Below, in pieces: positions 7,581 to 16,741 of a stretch of 64,000 nucleotides of DNA. The notes under the pieces are model-generated. The model was not told the origin of the DNA. It did no database searches and saw only the letters and a list, made by a program, of their open reading frames with translations. How positions within the stretch are numbered: the first letter of the stretch is position 1; every line of letters begins with the position of its first letter. The position numbers were made by a program, and so were the translations under genes. The stretch covers positions 17,412-81,411 of the forward strand of contig JBMHCE010000040.1 of the NCBI GenBank assembly GCA_049890075.1, read 5' to 3'. Source of the DNA: Chitinophagales bacterium (lineage in GTDB: Bacteria; Bacteroidota; Bacteroidia; Chitinophagales; UBA8649).

Positions 7581-9473
7581 CTAATCTTCGATTTGGTCTG
7601 CCAACTCGGCCCAGGCTTCATTGAGTTTATCTAAGTCCTTTACTTTCTGATTGTATTTGGTTAAGAAGGCTTCATCGCTTTGCAATTGGGTGTATTGGTT
7701 TGGGTCTTGAAGCGCTTGATTCATTTCATTGATTTCCGCTTCTAGCTTCTCAATCTTTCGCTCGGTTTTAGCCAAGGATTTACGCAATTCATAGTCATTG
7801 ACTTTCTTTTCCTTGTTTTCGGTACGCTTAGATTCTTTCTCCACCCTTTCCCAAGTGCGCATAGATTCAGACTTTTTGAGCGCTAGAAAATCGTTTATGT
7901 CACCGATATGGGCTTTTACGGTATGATGATTAAACTCAAACACTCGCTCCGTTAAGCCATCGAGGAAATCTCTATCATGGGAGACAATGATCACTGTTCC
8001 TGTAAAGTGCTGAATAGCTTCTTTCAAGATAGCCTTAGACTGCATATCTAAGTGGTTGGTTGGCTCATCTAGAATTAAAAGATTATGGGGCTCCAACATG
8101 AGTAAGGCTAATGCAAGGCGCGATCGCTCTCCACCACTGAGCACCTTTACCTTTTTGTTTACCTCGTCGCCTTGAAAAAGAAAAGCCCCCAGTAACCCAC
8201 GAACCTTTGTCCTCATATCGCCTGTCGCCTTATCGTCTACTGTTTCAAACACCGTCTTATCACCTGGTATAGTTTCCGCCTGATGTTGGGCAAAAAATCC
8301 AAGAGAAAGGTTACTTCCGAGGACCAGATCTCCCTTAAAGTCTAGTTGTTCTGCAATACACTTGCTTAACGTAGTCTTACCCATGCCGTTCTTTCCAACA
8401 AAGGCTACTTTTTCTCCGCGCAAAATCTCAAAGTCAACGGAACGAAACACTTCATTGGAGCCAAAAGATTTGGCTACGTCTACTGCCTTAACCACTACCT
8501 TGCCCGAACGAGGTGGATCAGGAAAACGAAACTTCATAGCAGCAATTGCATCATCATCTACCTCTAGGCGTTCAATGGCGTCCACCTTGCGTATCAAGCC
8601 TTGAGCAAACTTGGCTTTATTGGCTTTAGCGCGAAATCGTTCAATATTTCGCTCCATTTGCTTGATTTGCCGCTCCTGATTTTTCTTTGCCGCCCGTTGC
8701 CGCTCGACATCTGAGGCTCGTTCTTCTAGGTATTTTGAATACGCGAACTTGTAATCACGAGCACTACCATTAACAATCTCAATCGTTCGATTGGTCACCG
8801 CATCCAAAAAGGCCCTGTCGTGAGAGATGATTATCGCACTCCCTCCAAACTCCTGTAAATATCCTTCGAGCCAAAGAATTGATTCAATATCGAGATGGTT
8901 GGTTGGCTCATCGAGTAGTACAATATCTGGGTTAACCAATAAAACTTTCGCTAGCTCTACCCTCATTTGCCATCCCCCGCTAAACGTATTCAACGGTTTT
9001 GCCATATCGCCTGATTCAAATCCCAAGCCCTTTAAAACCCTTTCTATACGCTCCTCTGTGTGATCGGCACCCATGGAGTCCAGCTGAATCTGCTTATCAT
9101 TCAGGTCATCTAACATGCGCATGTACGAATCTGAGCTCACATCAGTGGTTGTCTCCAAACGCTGGACGATATCATTGATCTCTTGCTCTAGGTCTTGGAT
9201 TACTTTAAGTGCCTTTTTAGTCTCTTCAAGCACGCTTAGAGATGAAACCCCGTCAAGATCTTGGGCGAGGTAGCCAATTCTGTAATCTTTTGGCGTATCG
9301 ATTTGCCCAGATGTGGGTCGGAAACTTCCGAGAATAATCTTAAGCAGGGTTGACTTACCTGCACCATTTTTTCCAGTAAGTCCAATGCGCTCTCCAGCCG
9401 AAATCTGAAAACTCAGATTGTCAAAAAGGGCCTCTCCCCCGAATTCCATGGATATAGAGTTAACTGTAAGCAT
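7581..9473 (-). CDS. ABC-F family ATPase (two fused ABC domains, no membrane domain)
   Basis: Two Walker A motifs (GKNGAGKST, GKNGMGKTT) and two signature motifs (FSGGWQMR, LSGGERSR). An inter-domain linker rich in R/K/E (RQRAAKKNQERQIKQMERNIERFRAKA). A C-terminal coiled-coil tail. Confidence 0.95.
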   Translation of the reverse strand: MLTVNSISMEFGGEALFDNLSFQISAGERIGLTGKNGAGKSTLLKIILGSFRPTSGQIDTPKDYRIGYLAQDLDGVSSLSVLEETKKALKVIQDLEQEINDIVQRLETTTDVSSDSYMRMLDDLNDKQIQLDSMGADHTEERIERVLKGLGFESGDMAKPLNTFSGGWQMRVELAKVLLVNPDIVLLDEPTNHLDIESILWLEGYLQEFGGSAIIISHDRAFLDAVTNRTIEIVNGSARDYKFAYSKYLEERASDVERQRAAKKNQERQIKQMERNIERFRAKANKAKFAQGLIRKVDAIERLEVDDDAIAAMKFRFPDPPRSGKVVVKAVDVAKSFGSNEVFRSVDFEILRGEKVAFVGKNGMGKTTLSKCIAEQLDFKGDLVLGSNLSLGFFAQHQAETIPGDKTVFETVDDKATGDMRTKVRGLLGAFLFQGDEVNKKVKVLSGGERSRLALALLMLEPHNLLILDEPTNHLDMQSKAILKEAIQHFTGTVIIVSHDRDFLDGLTERVFEFNHHTVKAHIGDINDFLALKKSESMRTWERVEKESKRTENKEKKVNDYELRKSLAKTERKIEKLEAEINEMNQALQDPNQYTQLQSDEAFLTKYNQKVKDLDKLNEAWAELADQIED

Positions 9474-9500
9474 AGTGAGCGGAAGTGCAAGTATACAGCA

Positions 9501-9947
9501 CTAAGACGGCAGTCCCAAGTCCTTCGTTATCCGATCAACGATTTGCTGAGCTGCTGGGCAGGTTTTCAAGTTTTTTTCAAGCAAATTGAGGTGCTTTTTC
9601 ATTTTTGTGTGATCGGTGTGGGGGTATTCTCGACAAGCTTTAGGGCGAGCAGAATAAACTGAACAATAGTTGTCCGCGCCTAAAAAAGGACAGGGAAGCG
9701 CATTCATAACCGTATCTCCATCTTCATCCACTCGCAGATAAGAAGAAAAAAAATCGCCTTCCTTCATTTTGAGGTATTTGGCCATTCTGCGTATATCAGT
9801 CTTCGATAACCTAGGCCCTAATGTCTTACAGCAGTTTCCGCAGTCTAAACAATCCGTTTGATTAAAAACCTCTTCATGATGACGAAGAAACATAGCATCA
9901 AGTGATTTATCAGGGAGGGACTTCAACTTCTTTTTAAGGACCTTCAT
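9501..9947 (-). CDS. YkgJ-family cysteine-cluster (CxxCxxCC) protein
   Basis: Contains CLDCGNCCKTLGPRL...LPCPFLGADNYCSVYSARPKACREYP. The ORF track begins at TTG 9959. ATG 9947 (MKVLKKKLK) is more likely. Confidence 0.85.
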   Translation of the reverse strand: MKVLKKKLKSLPDKSLDAMFLRHHEEVFNQTDCLDCGNCCKTLGPRLSKTDIRRMAKYLKMKEGDFFSSYLRVDEDGDTVMNALPCPFLGADNYCSVYSARPKACREYPHTDHTKMKKHLNLLEKNLKTCPAAQQIVDRITKDLGLPS

Positions 9948-10019
9948 AGCGTCAAGCAAAGATAAACTTCCTTCGAGTCATCGCAGTATTCTATACCTTG
10001 TAGGTCAGAGAATATAGAT

Positions 10020-11093
10020 ATGCAGCGCTTGCCCTTACAAGATTTAAAGATCATTGACCTCTCGTCTGTATTGGCAGGTCCTATGACAGCCAATATGTTT
10101 TCAGAATTAGGGGCCGAGGTGCTTCGCATTGAAAATGTAAAAACCAAAGGAGATTCCACGAGGACTTGGTTACGAGAGGGAGAACACTACAACGAATACG
10201 TATCCTCATACCATGCATCGGTAAATTATAACAAGGCTATTGTACAAAAAGACCTAAGCCTGCCGGATGACCACCAATGGCTCATGAAGGAGCTAGAAAA
10301 TGCTGACATTTTAATTGGCAACTTTAGTCCTGCGGTTCAAGGTAAACTCAAGCTGCAGGTTAATGACTTACGCAAAAGGTACCCAGCGCTCATTATTGGC
10401 TGGATCTCAACCTACCCCAATGATCGGAATAGACCTGCCTATGATGCCGTTTTACAGGCAGAAACCGGGTGGATGTCAATCAATGGCGAGGAAGGCAAGC
10501 CGCCTCTTAAACTACCCGTAGCCGTTATTGATGTTTTTGCCTCTCACCAATTGCGTGCGGGAATACTCACAGCGCTACTGCATAAACACAATAGCCACAA
10601 GGGATCTTTTGTCGAAGTGTTTTTAGTTGAGGCTGCTCTTGCTGCTCAAGTCAATCAATCAAGCTATGCCTTGAATCAAAACGTTAACCCATCCCCTATG
10701 GGATCGGCACACCCTAACATTTGTCCCTATGGAGATATCGTAGAATGTGAAGGCGGTGATTATCTTCTCTTTGCCGTGGGCACCGATGCGCAATATCTTC
10801 GATTAGCGGAGGTGCTAAATGAGCCTAGATTGTTAGCAGATACGTTTTTAACGAATCCTCAACGCGTCGTCCATAGGGCCATGCTTATAGATATCCTTCA
10901 AGATGTCTGCAAACTATACCCCGCTCAATCCCTTCATAGTAAACTCACTGCAGCCAATATTCCATGTGCTCAGGTTCGAGGAATACTTGATGCATTTAAG
11001 CAACAGCCACAAATGACCCATAAGACAGTCATTGACAACACATCGTTTCTCGTTGGAAAGACGACTAGCTTCCATTTCGAAAGCAATCCCTAA
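10020..11093 (+). CDS. Family III CoA-transferase (CaiB/BaiF-like)
   Basis: N-terminal LQDLKIIDLSSVLAGPMTANMFSELGAEVLRIE matches the L-x-G-x-(K/R)-V-(I/L)-D-L-x3-AGP...LGA-x-V-I-K-(I/V)-E hallmark. The length is typical for the family. Confidence 0.85.
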   Translation: MQRLPLQDLKIIDLSSVLAGPMTANMFSELGAEVLRIENVKTKGDSTRTWLREGEHYNEYVSSYHASVNYNKAIVQKDLSLPDDHQWLMKELENADILIGNFSPAVQGKLKLQVNDLRKRYPALIIGWISTYPNDRNRPAYDAVLQAETGWMSINGEEGKPPLKLPVAVIDVFASHQLRAGILTALLHKHNSHKGSFVEVFLVEAALAAQVNQSSYALNQNVNPSPMGSAHPNICPYGDIVECEGGDYLLFAVGTDAQYLRLAEVLNEPRLLADTFLTNPQRVVHRAMLIDILQDVCKLYPAQSLHSKLTAANIPCAQVRGILDAFKQQPQMTHKTVIDNTSFLVGKTTSFHFESNP

Positions 11094-11101
11094 AAATATT
11101 G

Positions 11102-11686
11102 CTATTCAGCGAGCGCGACGACTTCTTTTACTTCTGGCAGCATACGTTTGAGCATCGCTTCGATTCCATCCTTTAGGGTGGCTGTAGAAGAAGGACATCC
11201 AGAGCATGCTCCTTGTAACTTGACAGTCACAATACCTTGATCAAACTGCTCAAAGGCGATGTTTCCTCCATCAGTTTCCACTGCGGGGCGAACATAGGTC
11301 TCAAGTAAATGAATAATTTTTTGTTCGATATCAGCTGCCCCAGTAGACTGACTTTTCATTGATTCTTTGTAGGCCTCAATAAATCGGTCGGATACGATGA
11401 CATTGCCTTCAGTGATGTAGGTATGCATAAAAGCTTTAATCGTATAGATTACCTCAAACCAGTCTTTACTGTCGTCTACCTTGGTAAGCGTGACGAAATT
11501 ATTGGAGATAAAGACTTCCCCTATTTCAGAAAACTGGTCAAAAAGCGCTAGCGCAAAAGGGCTGTCAGCACATTCATCAACACCCTTCCCCTCGAAAATC
11601 ATTTGAGGAAGAAGCTGTTTTGAGGTGACAAACTTCAACTTGGTCGGATTAGGAGTTGACTCGGTGTAGATTTCTAAAACATTCAC
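11102..11686 (-). CDS. NifU/Nfu-type Fe-S cluster assembly protein (Nfu_N + NifU C-terminal domain)
   Basis: N-terminal YTESTPNPTKLKFV and C-terminal LQGACSGCPSSTATLKDGIE (CxxC). GTG start at 11686. Confidence 0.9.
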   Translation of the reverse strand: MNVLEIYTESTPNPTKLKFVTSKQLLPQMIFEGKGVDECADSPFALALFDQFSEIGEVFISNNFVTLTKVDDSKDWFEVIYTIKAFMHTYITEGNVIVSDRFIEAYKESMKSQSTGAADIEQKIIHLLETYVRPAVETDGGNIAFEQFDQGIVTVKLQGACSGCPSSTATLKDGIEAMLKRMLPEVKEVVALAE

Positions 11687-11790
11687 AATACAAAGCGTTT
11701 GCTCAAAGATACATCATTGAGCGTTGACAATTGATAGCGTATCGCGTTTCAATTAGTGAGATGATTTCACGAACTTTGCGATTCCAAGGC

Positions 11791-13692
11791 ATGGGTGAAT
11801 TTATAAAACATGAGTGTGGCTTAGCGCTTGTCCGACAGCTTAAAGCTCCGGAATACTACTACGATAAGTATGGCAGCTTGACATGGGGAGCCTCAAAGCT
11901 TCATGTGCTTATGCAAAAACAGCGAAATCGGGGCCAAGACGGAGCAGGAATTGCAACCGTTAAGCTACATGCACCGCCTGGCAAGCCCTACATTTATCGA
12001 GAACGTTCCATCGATTCCGACGCCATTGCTTCCTTGTTCAAGGATTGGGATGGCCGGGTGCAACAGTGTATCGATCAACATCCACAACAATCGGGTGCAT
12101 CCCTCTGTAAAACGCTGTATCAAGAGGCCGTATGCTATGGTGATATATTCTTAGGTCATTTACGCTACGGAACCCACGGAGTAAATTCTACAGATGCCTG
12201 CCACCCTTTTCACCGGAGAAACTCTTGGAGGTCAAGAAACCTTCTCATAGCAGGAAACTTTAATCTTACCAATGTCGATCAGCTGATCGATCAACTTATC
12301 GAAATTGGCCAACACCCCATAGAGCGCAAAGACACCATTACCGTTTTGGAAAAGTTTGGTCATTTTCTTGATCGCGAAGTGCAACGACTTTTCGACACTT
12401 TTAAGCAAGGGGCTTATACCAAGAAAACTATTTCCGAACATATCGAAGCAAACCTTGATCTCAAGCAGATTGTCAATAATGCATGTAAAGCGTTTGATGG
12501 GGGGTTTGTTATGTCTGGGATTACAGGAAGCGGAGACACCTTTATTCTAAGAGACGCTCATGGTATTCGCCCTGCTTTTTATTATCATAACGATGAGGCC
12601 GTGGTGGTTGCCTCTGAACGACCTGCCATACAGACTACATTTGAGGTCACCCATGATAAAGTAAAGGAACTCCCCGCGGGTCATATGCTTTGGATCCGAA
12701 GGGATGGAAAAACCTCTCTTGAAAAGATCTATGAGGACAAACCGAAAATGGCTTGCAGCTTTGAGCGCATCTATTTTTCTCGAGGGACAGATATTGATAT
12801 ATACAATGAACGGCGAAAGCTCGGTGAATCCTTGGCAAAGCCTGTTTTAGAGCGCGTGGACTATGACTTAGACCACACCGTCTTTTCCTACATCCCTAAT
12901 ACGGCCGAAACTGCCTTTTATGGACTTGTCCGAGGGATAGAGGATGCCTACACATCACGAGCAAACAAGCTATTAGAGGACCAGGAAATCAATCGGGAAG
13001 ATTGGATTCGCGCCCTTCAAAAAAGACCAAGAGTAGAAAAAGTAGCGGTAAAAGATGTTAAACTGCGAACCTTTATCACAGAGGATAAAGGTCGAGATGA
13101 TCTTGTACAGCATGTTTACGACATAACCTACGGGACAATACAACGAAACATCGATACGTTGGTTGTAATTGACGACTCCATTGTACGAGGGACTACCTTA
13201 GAAAAAAGCATTATCCGAATTCTTGACCGGCTAGGCCCAAAGAAGATAATCATTCTGTCCTCCGCACCCCAGATTCGCTATCCTGATTGCTACGGCATTG
13301 ACATGTCTAAAATGCACGAGTTTATTGCATTTCGTGCTATGGTTAATCTGCTGAAAGCAAAAGGGCTAGAAGGTCAACTAGAAGAAACAGCGCAGGCAAT
13401 AAAACAAGCTTTCCGCGAAGAAACAGCTGACCAAAAGAACTATGTCAAACCCCTTTACGATCAGTTTTCTGCCGATGATATCAGCGCCGAGATCTCATCC
13501 ATCGTTAAACCTACATCCATATTTTCCGATGTTGAAGTAATCTATCAGACGTTAGAAGGATTGTCTTTTGCTTGTCCGAATCATACCGGTCAATGGTACT
13601 TTGATGGAAATTATCCAACACCTGGAGGTAATCGCGTTGTGAACAAAGCTTTTTTAAACTTTATGGAGGGAAAAAATGTTCGAGCCTATTAA
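11791..13692 (+). CDS. purF: Amidophosphoribosyltransferase, long Bacteroidetes type (class II glutamine amidotransferase)
   Basis: MGEFIKHE-CGLALVRQLKAPEYYYDKYGS..MQKQRNRGQDGAGIA places the nucleophile Cys after a short propeptide. PRTase motif VVIDDSIVRGTT. The ORF track uses TTG 11731, and I prefer ATG 11791. Confidence 0.9.
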   Translation: MGEFIKHECGLALVRQLKAPEYYYDKYGSLTWGASKLHVLMQKQRNRGQDGAGIATVKLHAPPGKPYIYRERSIDSDAIASLFKDWDGRVQQCIDQHPQQSGASLCKTLYQEAVCYGDIFLGHLRYGTHGVNSTDACHPFHRRNSWRSRNLLIAGNFNLTNVDQLIDQLIEIGQHPIERKDTITVLEKFGHFLDREVQRLFDTFKQGAYTKKTISEHIEANLDLKQIVNNACKAFDGGFVMSGITGSGDTFILRDAHGIRPAFYYHNDEAVVVASERPAIQTTFEVTHDKVKELPAGHMLWIRRDGKTSLEKIYEDKPKMACSFERIYFSRGTDIDIYNERRKLGESLAKPVLERVDYDLDHTVFSYIPNTAETAFYGLVRGIEDAYTSRANKLLEDQEINREDWIRALQKRPRVEKVAVKDVKLRTFITEDKGRDDLVQHVYDITYGTIQRNIDTLVVIDDSIVRGTTLEKSIIRILDRLGPKKIIILSSAPQIRYPDCYGIDMSKMHEFIAFRAMVNLLKAKGLEGQLEETAQAIKQAFREETADQKNYVKPLYDQFSADDISAEISSIVKPTSIFSDVEVIYQTLEGLSFACPNHTGQWYFDGNYPTPGGNRVVNKAFLNFMEGKNVRAY

Positions 13693-13725
13693 GAACACCC
13701 ATTCTGATATTCAAGCAACGTATAA

Positions 13726-14442
13726 ATGATCATAACCAAGATTATTGATGAAACCTCTACGACAAAGAGGTTTTACCTAAAGCCAGATAACGATTTACCC
13801 TTCAAGGCAGGACAATATATTTCCTTAAGCCTGCCCATTGATCCAAGGAAATCTCGGGGGATTAGACATTATTCCATTGCCAACTCACCAAATGCTGAGG
13901 AGGTTGAATTAGTCATCGTAGAGAAGGAAGGCGGCAAAGGAACAGCTTACCTATGGTCACTTGGCGTTGGAGACCATATAGAGTTAGGGCACGGAGCTTC
14001 TGGTGTACTCACGATAGACGACTACAAAAAGAATTTCGTATTCATATGCACCGGAACAGGCATATCGCCTTTTAAAAGCATCTTGGAATACATTCAAGAG
14101 GAAAACATCGAAACCGGAGACATCCACCTTGTTTTTGGTACACGTAGAGAGGAGAACATTTTGTACTACAAGGAAATGCAGGAATTAGTCGAAGCCCTTC
14201 CCCAGCTAAACTACCACATCATTCTATCACGTGAGCCATGGAAAGGCCGTCAAGGATACGTCCATGAAGTCTACACGGATATCATCGAGAATTACTTTCA
14301 AGCTATGGAAAATGGAGGGTACAACGAACTGCCCCTGGAGTTCTTTATCTGTGGCTGGAAAGACATGGTCGATGAAGCAAGAAAAACTCTTTTTGACATC
14401 GGATTTGACAAAAAGCAAGTCAAAGTAGAGGTCTACGAATAG
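13726..14442 (+). CDS. Ferredoxin-NADP reductase-like FAD/NAD(P)-binding oxidoreductase
   Basis: RHYSIANSP (RxYS FAD motif), GGKGTAYLW, and VFICTGTGISPFKSIL (NAD(P)-binding GTGxxP). Confidence 0.85.
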   Translation: MIITKIIDETSTTKRFYLKPDNDLPFKAGQYISLSLPIDPRKSRGIRHYSIANSPNAEEVELVIVEKEGGKGTAYLWSLGVGDHIELGHGASGVLTIDDYKKNFVFICTGTGISPFKSILEYIQEENIETGDIHLVFGTRREENILYYKEMQELVEALPQLNYHIILSREPWKGRQGYVHEVYTDIIENYFQAMENGGYNELPLEFFICGWKDMVDEARKTLFDIGFDKKQVKVEVYE

Positions 14443-14497
14443 CATTTGACGCGCTCTGTCATTTTTCACTACCTTTACAAGGAGCTAACCATTTCCA

Positions 14498-16633
14498 ATG
14501 CGGGTATTATACCTATTTCTTGCACTAGTCTTTGTGTGTCCAGCCCTATGGGCACAGGCTGTTGATTCCCCTATTTCATCAGATTCAACAGTTATTGAGA
14601 CGAATTCTCAAGATCTAGAGGATACCCTAAACGCTGCAGAGTCAGAGAATGCCAATGAGGTGGTTGAGGACTCTACAAACAACTATAGCATTGATTCCGT
14701 ATCTCAGCAGGACAGCATTTCAACTGACTCTGATACGATACAGCGTTCTTCTTGGTATGAGATGGTGGATTCGATCGAGTCTGTTTCAAGTCAGGATACA
14801 GTTATTCGAGAGCGAGGAAGTCCCGATTCGATTAGAGCAAGGTATTCAACTCCGTTAATGCCAGACCTTCAAAGCGCTCAACCTTTCAATCAAACTAAAC
14901 GAACCAAAAGACAACAGGACGGCTTTATAGATAGGGAGTATTACTATCCTGCCAAACCAAAGCATGCTTGGAGTCTAGGGGTTCGGGGCGGTGCTGCCAT
15001 GATCAATGGTGATATCAATCAAAACTTCTTTCGAGGAGTAAAACCATTTGCTCCTGGGTATACGTTCGGTGTCTATGCCAAAAAAGCCACTTCGTACTTT
15101 ATGTCGCTCAGAATGAACTACGCACACATGCGAATGTGGAATACAGATTGGCAACCCTCTGTGCTTACGTCCAACCTTGTTGGAGCGGTTCCAGAACTTG
15201 TTTCGTACACAGACACCCTTGGCTTAGGAGCCAACCACCCACAACTACCTAATCGAGTGAATTTTTATCACAACAGCTATACGGTGTCTCACGATATGAC
15301 CTTTGATGTGATGTTCAGTTTAGGTGGGGCACGATTCCACAAAGAGCGCTCAAAGGTTCTTTTCAATGTGTTTATCTCTGCAGGCGGATTCCTTTACCGC
15401 ACACGCTATGATCATTATGACGAAAATGGCCAGCCGTACAACTATGGCACTGTGCCGGCGACCAACACCTCAAAACCAGACATCCTGAGTGCATTAGAAG
15501 ATATGCGTGACGGGGTATATGAAACTGACGCTGAAAACGACTACGAGCTCAAAGCAATCTCATTTTTAAACGGCTTCACCTTTAACCCATCCTTTGGCTT
15601 TGGAGGAGGATTTACCTTCAGGGTAAACCGCTTTATTGATTTAGACTTGGAAACGCGCATGATGTATACTACATCAGACCTGCTTGATGGCCATAGATGG
15701 TCAGAACCGTTTGCACAGTTCCCAGGCCAAGACTTAAGCTCGTTGAACTACCGATCGAACGGAGTAACAAAAGATAAAGACGCCTATGCTACAACAACTG
15801 TAGGAATAACATTTAAGCTTATCGGCAAGCAAACCACTGAACCTCTAACCCATCTCAACCCGCTTCAATATGCCTACGAGCGGTTGAATGAAATCAACGT
15901 AGAAGAGTCCATTAACGAGGCACTGGCAGATGATGATGATGATGGAGTAATCAATCGATTGGATGAGGAAGAAGATACACCCGAAGGGGCTCCCGTTGAT
16001 ACTAAGGGTCGTGCACTCGATTCAGATGAAGACGGCATTATTGACCTGTTTGATCAAGAAAAATACAGCGTTACCGGTTTACCTGTAGATTCTAATGGAG
16101 TAGCGCATATTCCAGTTATCGACCCAGATGACCCCGATTATGACGAAAAGATCAAAGAGTTGCCTCAAATCTATCAGGACCTTCAAACGCTAATCAACAA
16201 TAACAGCCAAGCAAAGGATTGCGAGGATATCACAGAGTTTCCTACGGTCCACTTTGCTCAAAACTATTACTCGATCGATCCGTCATACTATGCTCACCTT
16301 CATGTTGTTGGAGCCCTTATGCAACGCTGCCACGATTTGAATATCATGATTACAGGTAAAACTGACTATGTCAACGACGACGACTACAACATCAAATTGA
16401 GTTATAATCGGGCCATGGAAGTGATGTCGTATCTCAGCGAAAAATATGATCTTCCGTGTTCGCGATTTGAACTTCGGTACATCGGAGAAGAGGAAGCCAT
16501 CGAGGAGGAAGGGCTTCCCTTGCTGGAGTACCGACAAGTCGAGTTTAAGATTATTGATGGAGGAACCGGGACAGCTTGTAATCCTGAAGATCCTTTCCCA
16601 CACATAAAGGCAGGGAATCGTCAAACGAAGTAA
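14498..16633 (+). CDS. OmpA-family outer-membrane protein with an acidic Ser-rich N-region, TSP3-like Asp repeats and a C-terminal OmpA-like domain
   Basis: Signal peptide (LFLALVFVCPALWAQA). The TSP3-like stretch reads DDDDDGVINRLDEEEDTPEGAPVDTKGRALDSDEDGIIDLFDQE. The C-terminus reads VHFAQNYYSIDPSYYAHLHVVGALM..ITGKTDYVNDDDYNIKLSYNRAMEVMSYL, which follows the OmpA_C pattern. Confidence 0.85.
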   Translation: MRVLYLFLALVFVCPALWAQAVDSPISSDSTVIETNSQDLEDTLNAAESENANEVVEDSTNNYSIDSVSQQDSISTDSDTIQRSSWYEMVDSIESVSSQDTVIRERGSPDSIRARYSTPLMPDLQSAQPFNQTKRTKRQQDGFIDREYYYPAKPKHAWSLGVRGGAAMINGDINQNFFRGVKPFAPGYTFGVYAKKATSYFMSLRMNYAHMRMWNTDWQPSVLTSNLVGAVPELVSYTDTLGLGANHPQLPNRVNFYHNSYTVSHDMTFDVMFSLGGARFHKERSKVLFNVFISAGGFLYRTRYDHYDENGQPYNYGTVPATNTSKPDILSALEDMRDGVYETDAENDYELKAISFLNGFTFNPSFGFGGGFTFRVNRFIDLDLETRMMYTTSDLLDGHRWSEPFAQFPGQDLSSLNYRSNGVTKDKDAYATTTVGITFKLIGKQTTEPLTHLNPLQYAYERLNEINVEESINEALADDDDDGVINRLDEEEDTPEGAPVDTKGRALDSDEDGIIDLFDQEKYSVTGLPVDSNGVAHIPVIDPDDPDYDEKIKELPQIYQDLQTLINNNSQAKDCEDITEFPTVHFAQNYYSIDPSYYAHLHVVGALMQRCHDLNIMITGKTDYVNDDDYNIKLSYNRAMEVMSYLSEKYDLPCSRFELRYIGEEEAIEEEGLPLLEYRQVEFKIIDGGTGTACNPEDPFPHIKAGNRQTK

Positions 16634-16684
16634 GCTCCCCTTTCCACTCCCCTTTTAGATTGCTTTATGCCATTTTGGCACAAA

Positions 16685-16692
16685 TAGCTTTG
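16685..16692 (+). promoter_or_regulatory. Candidate -7 promoter box (TAGCTTTG) upstream of htpG
   Basis: Matches TAnnTTTG. A TTG at 16660-16662 gives a 22-nt spacer, and the box lies ~50 nt upstream of ATG 16742. This is a consensus match only. Confidence 0.3.
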
Positions 16693-16741
16693 TTCTATTC
16701 ATCGGCATGGCCTTTGCTACGAATTGTGCAAATCATTCAAT

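Noticed and set aside
7581-9473. I considered the ABC-F ATPase as the missing ATPase for the ATPase-less Opp/Dpp-like importer.
   Set aside because: It is a tandem-NBD soluble ABC-F protein with the charged inter-domain linker and C-terminal coiled coil typical of translation factors. It lies 13 kb away on the other strand. It is not a DppD/DppF-type importer ATPase.
11690-11722. A PurR-box-like sequence (aaGCGTTTGCtc) and a 6-bp hairpin (GCTCAA-n10-TTGAGC) upstream of purF.
   Set aside because: It matches only part of the E. coli PurR operator (ACGCAAACGTTTGCGT) and lacks the dyad partner. LacI-type PurR regulation is not established for Bacteroidota. The stem is too short to be meaningful without conservation data.
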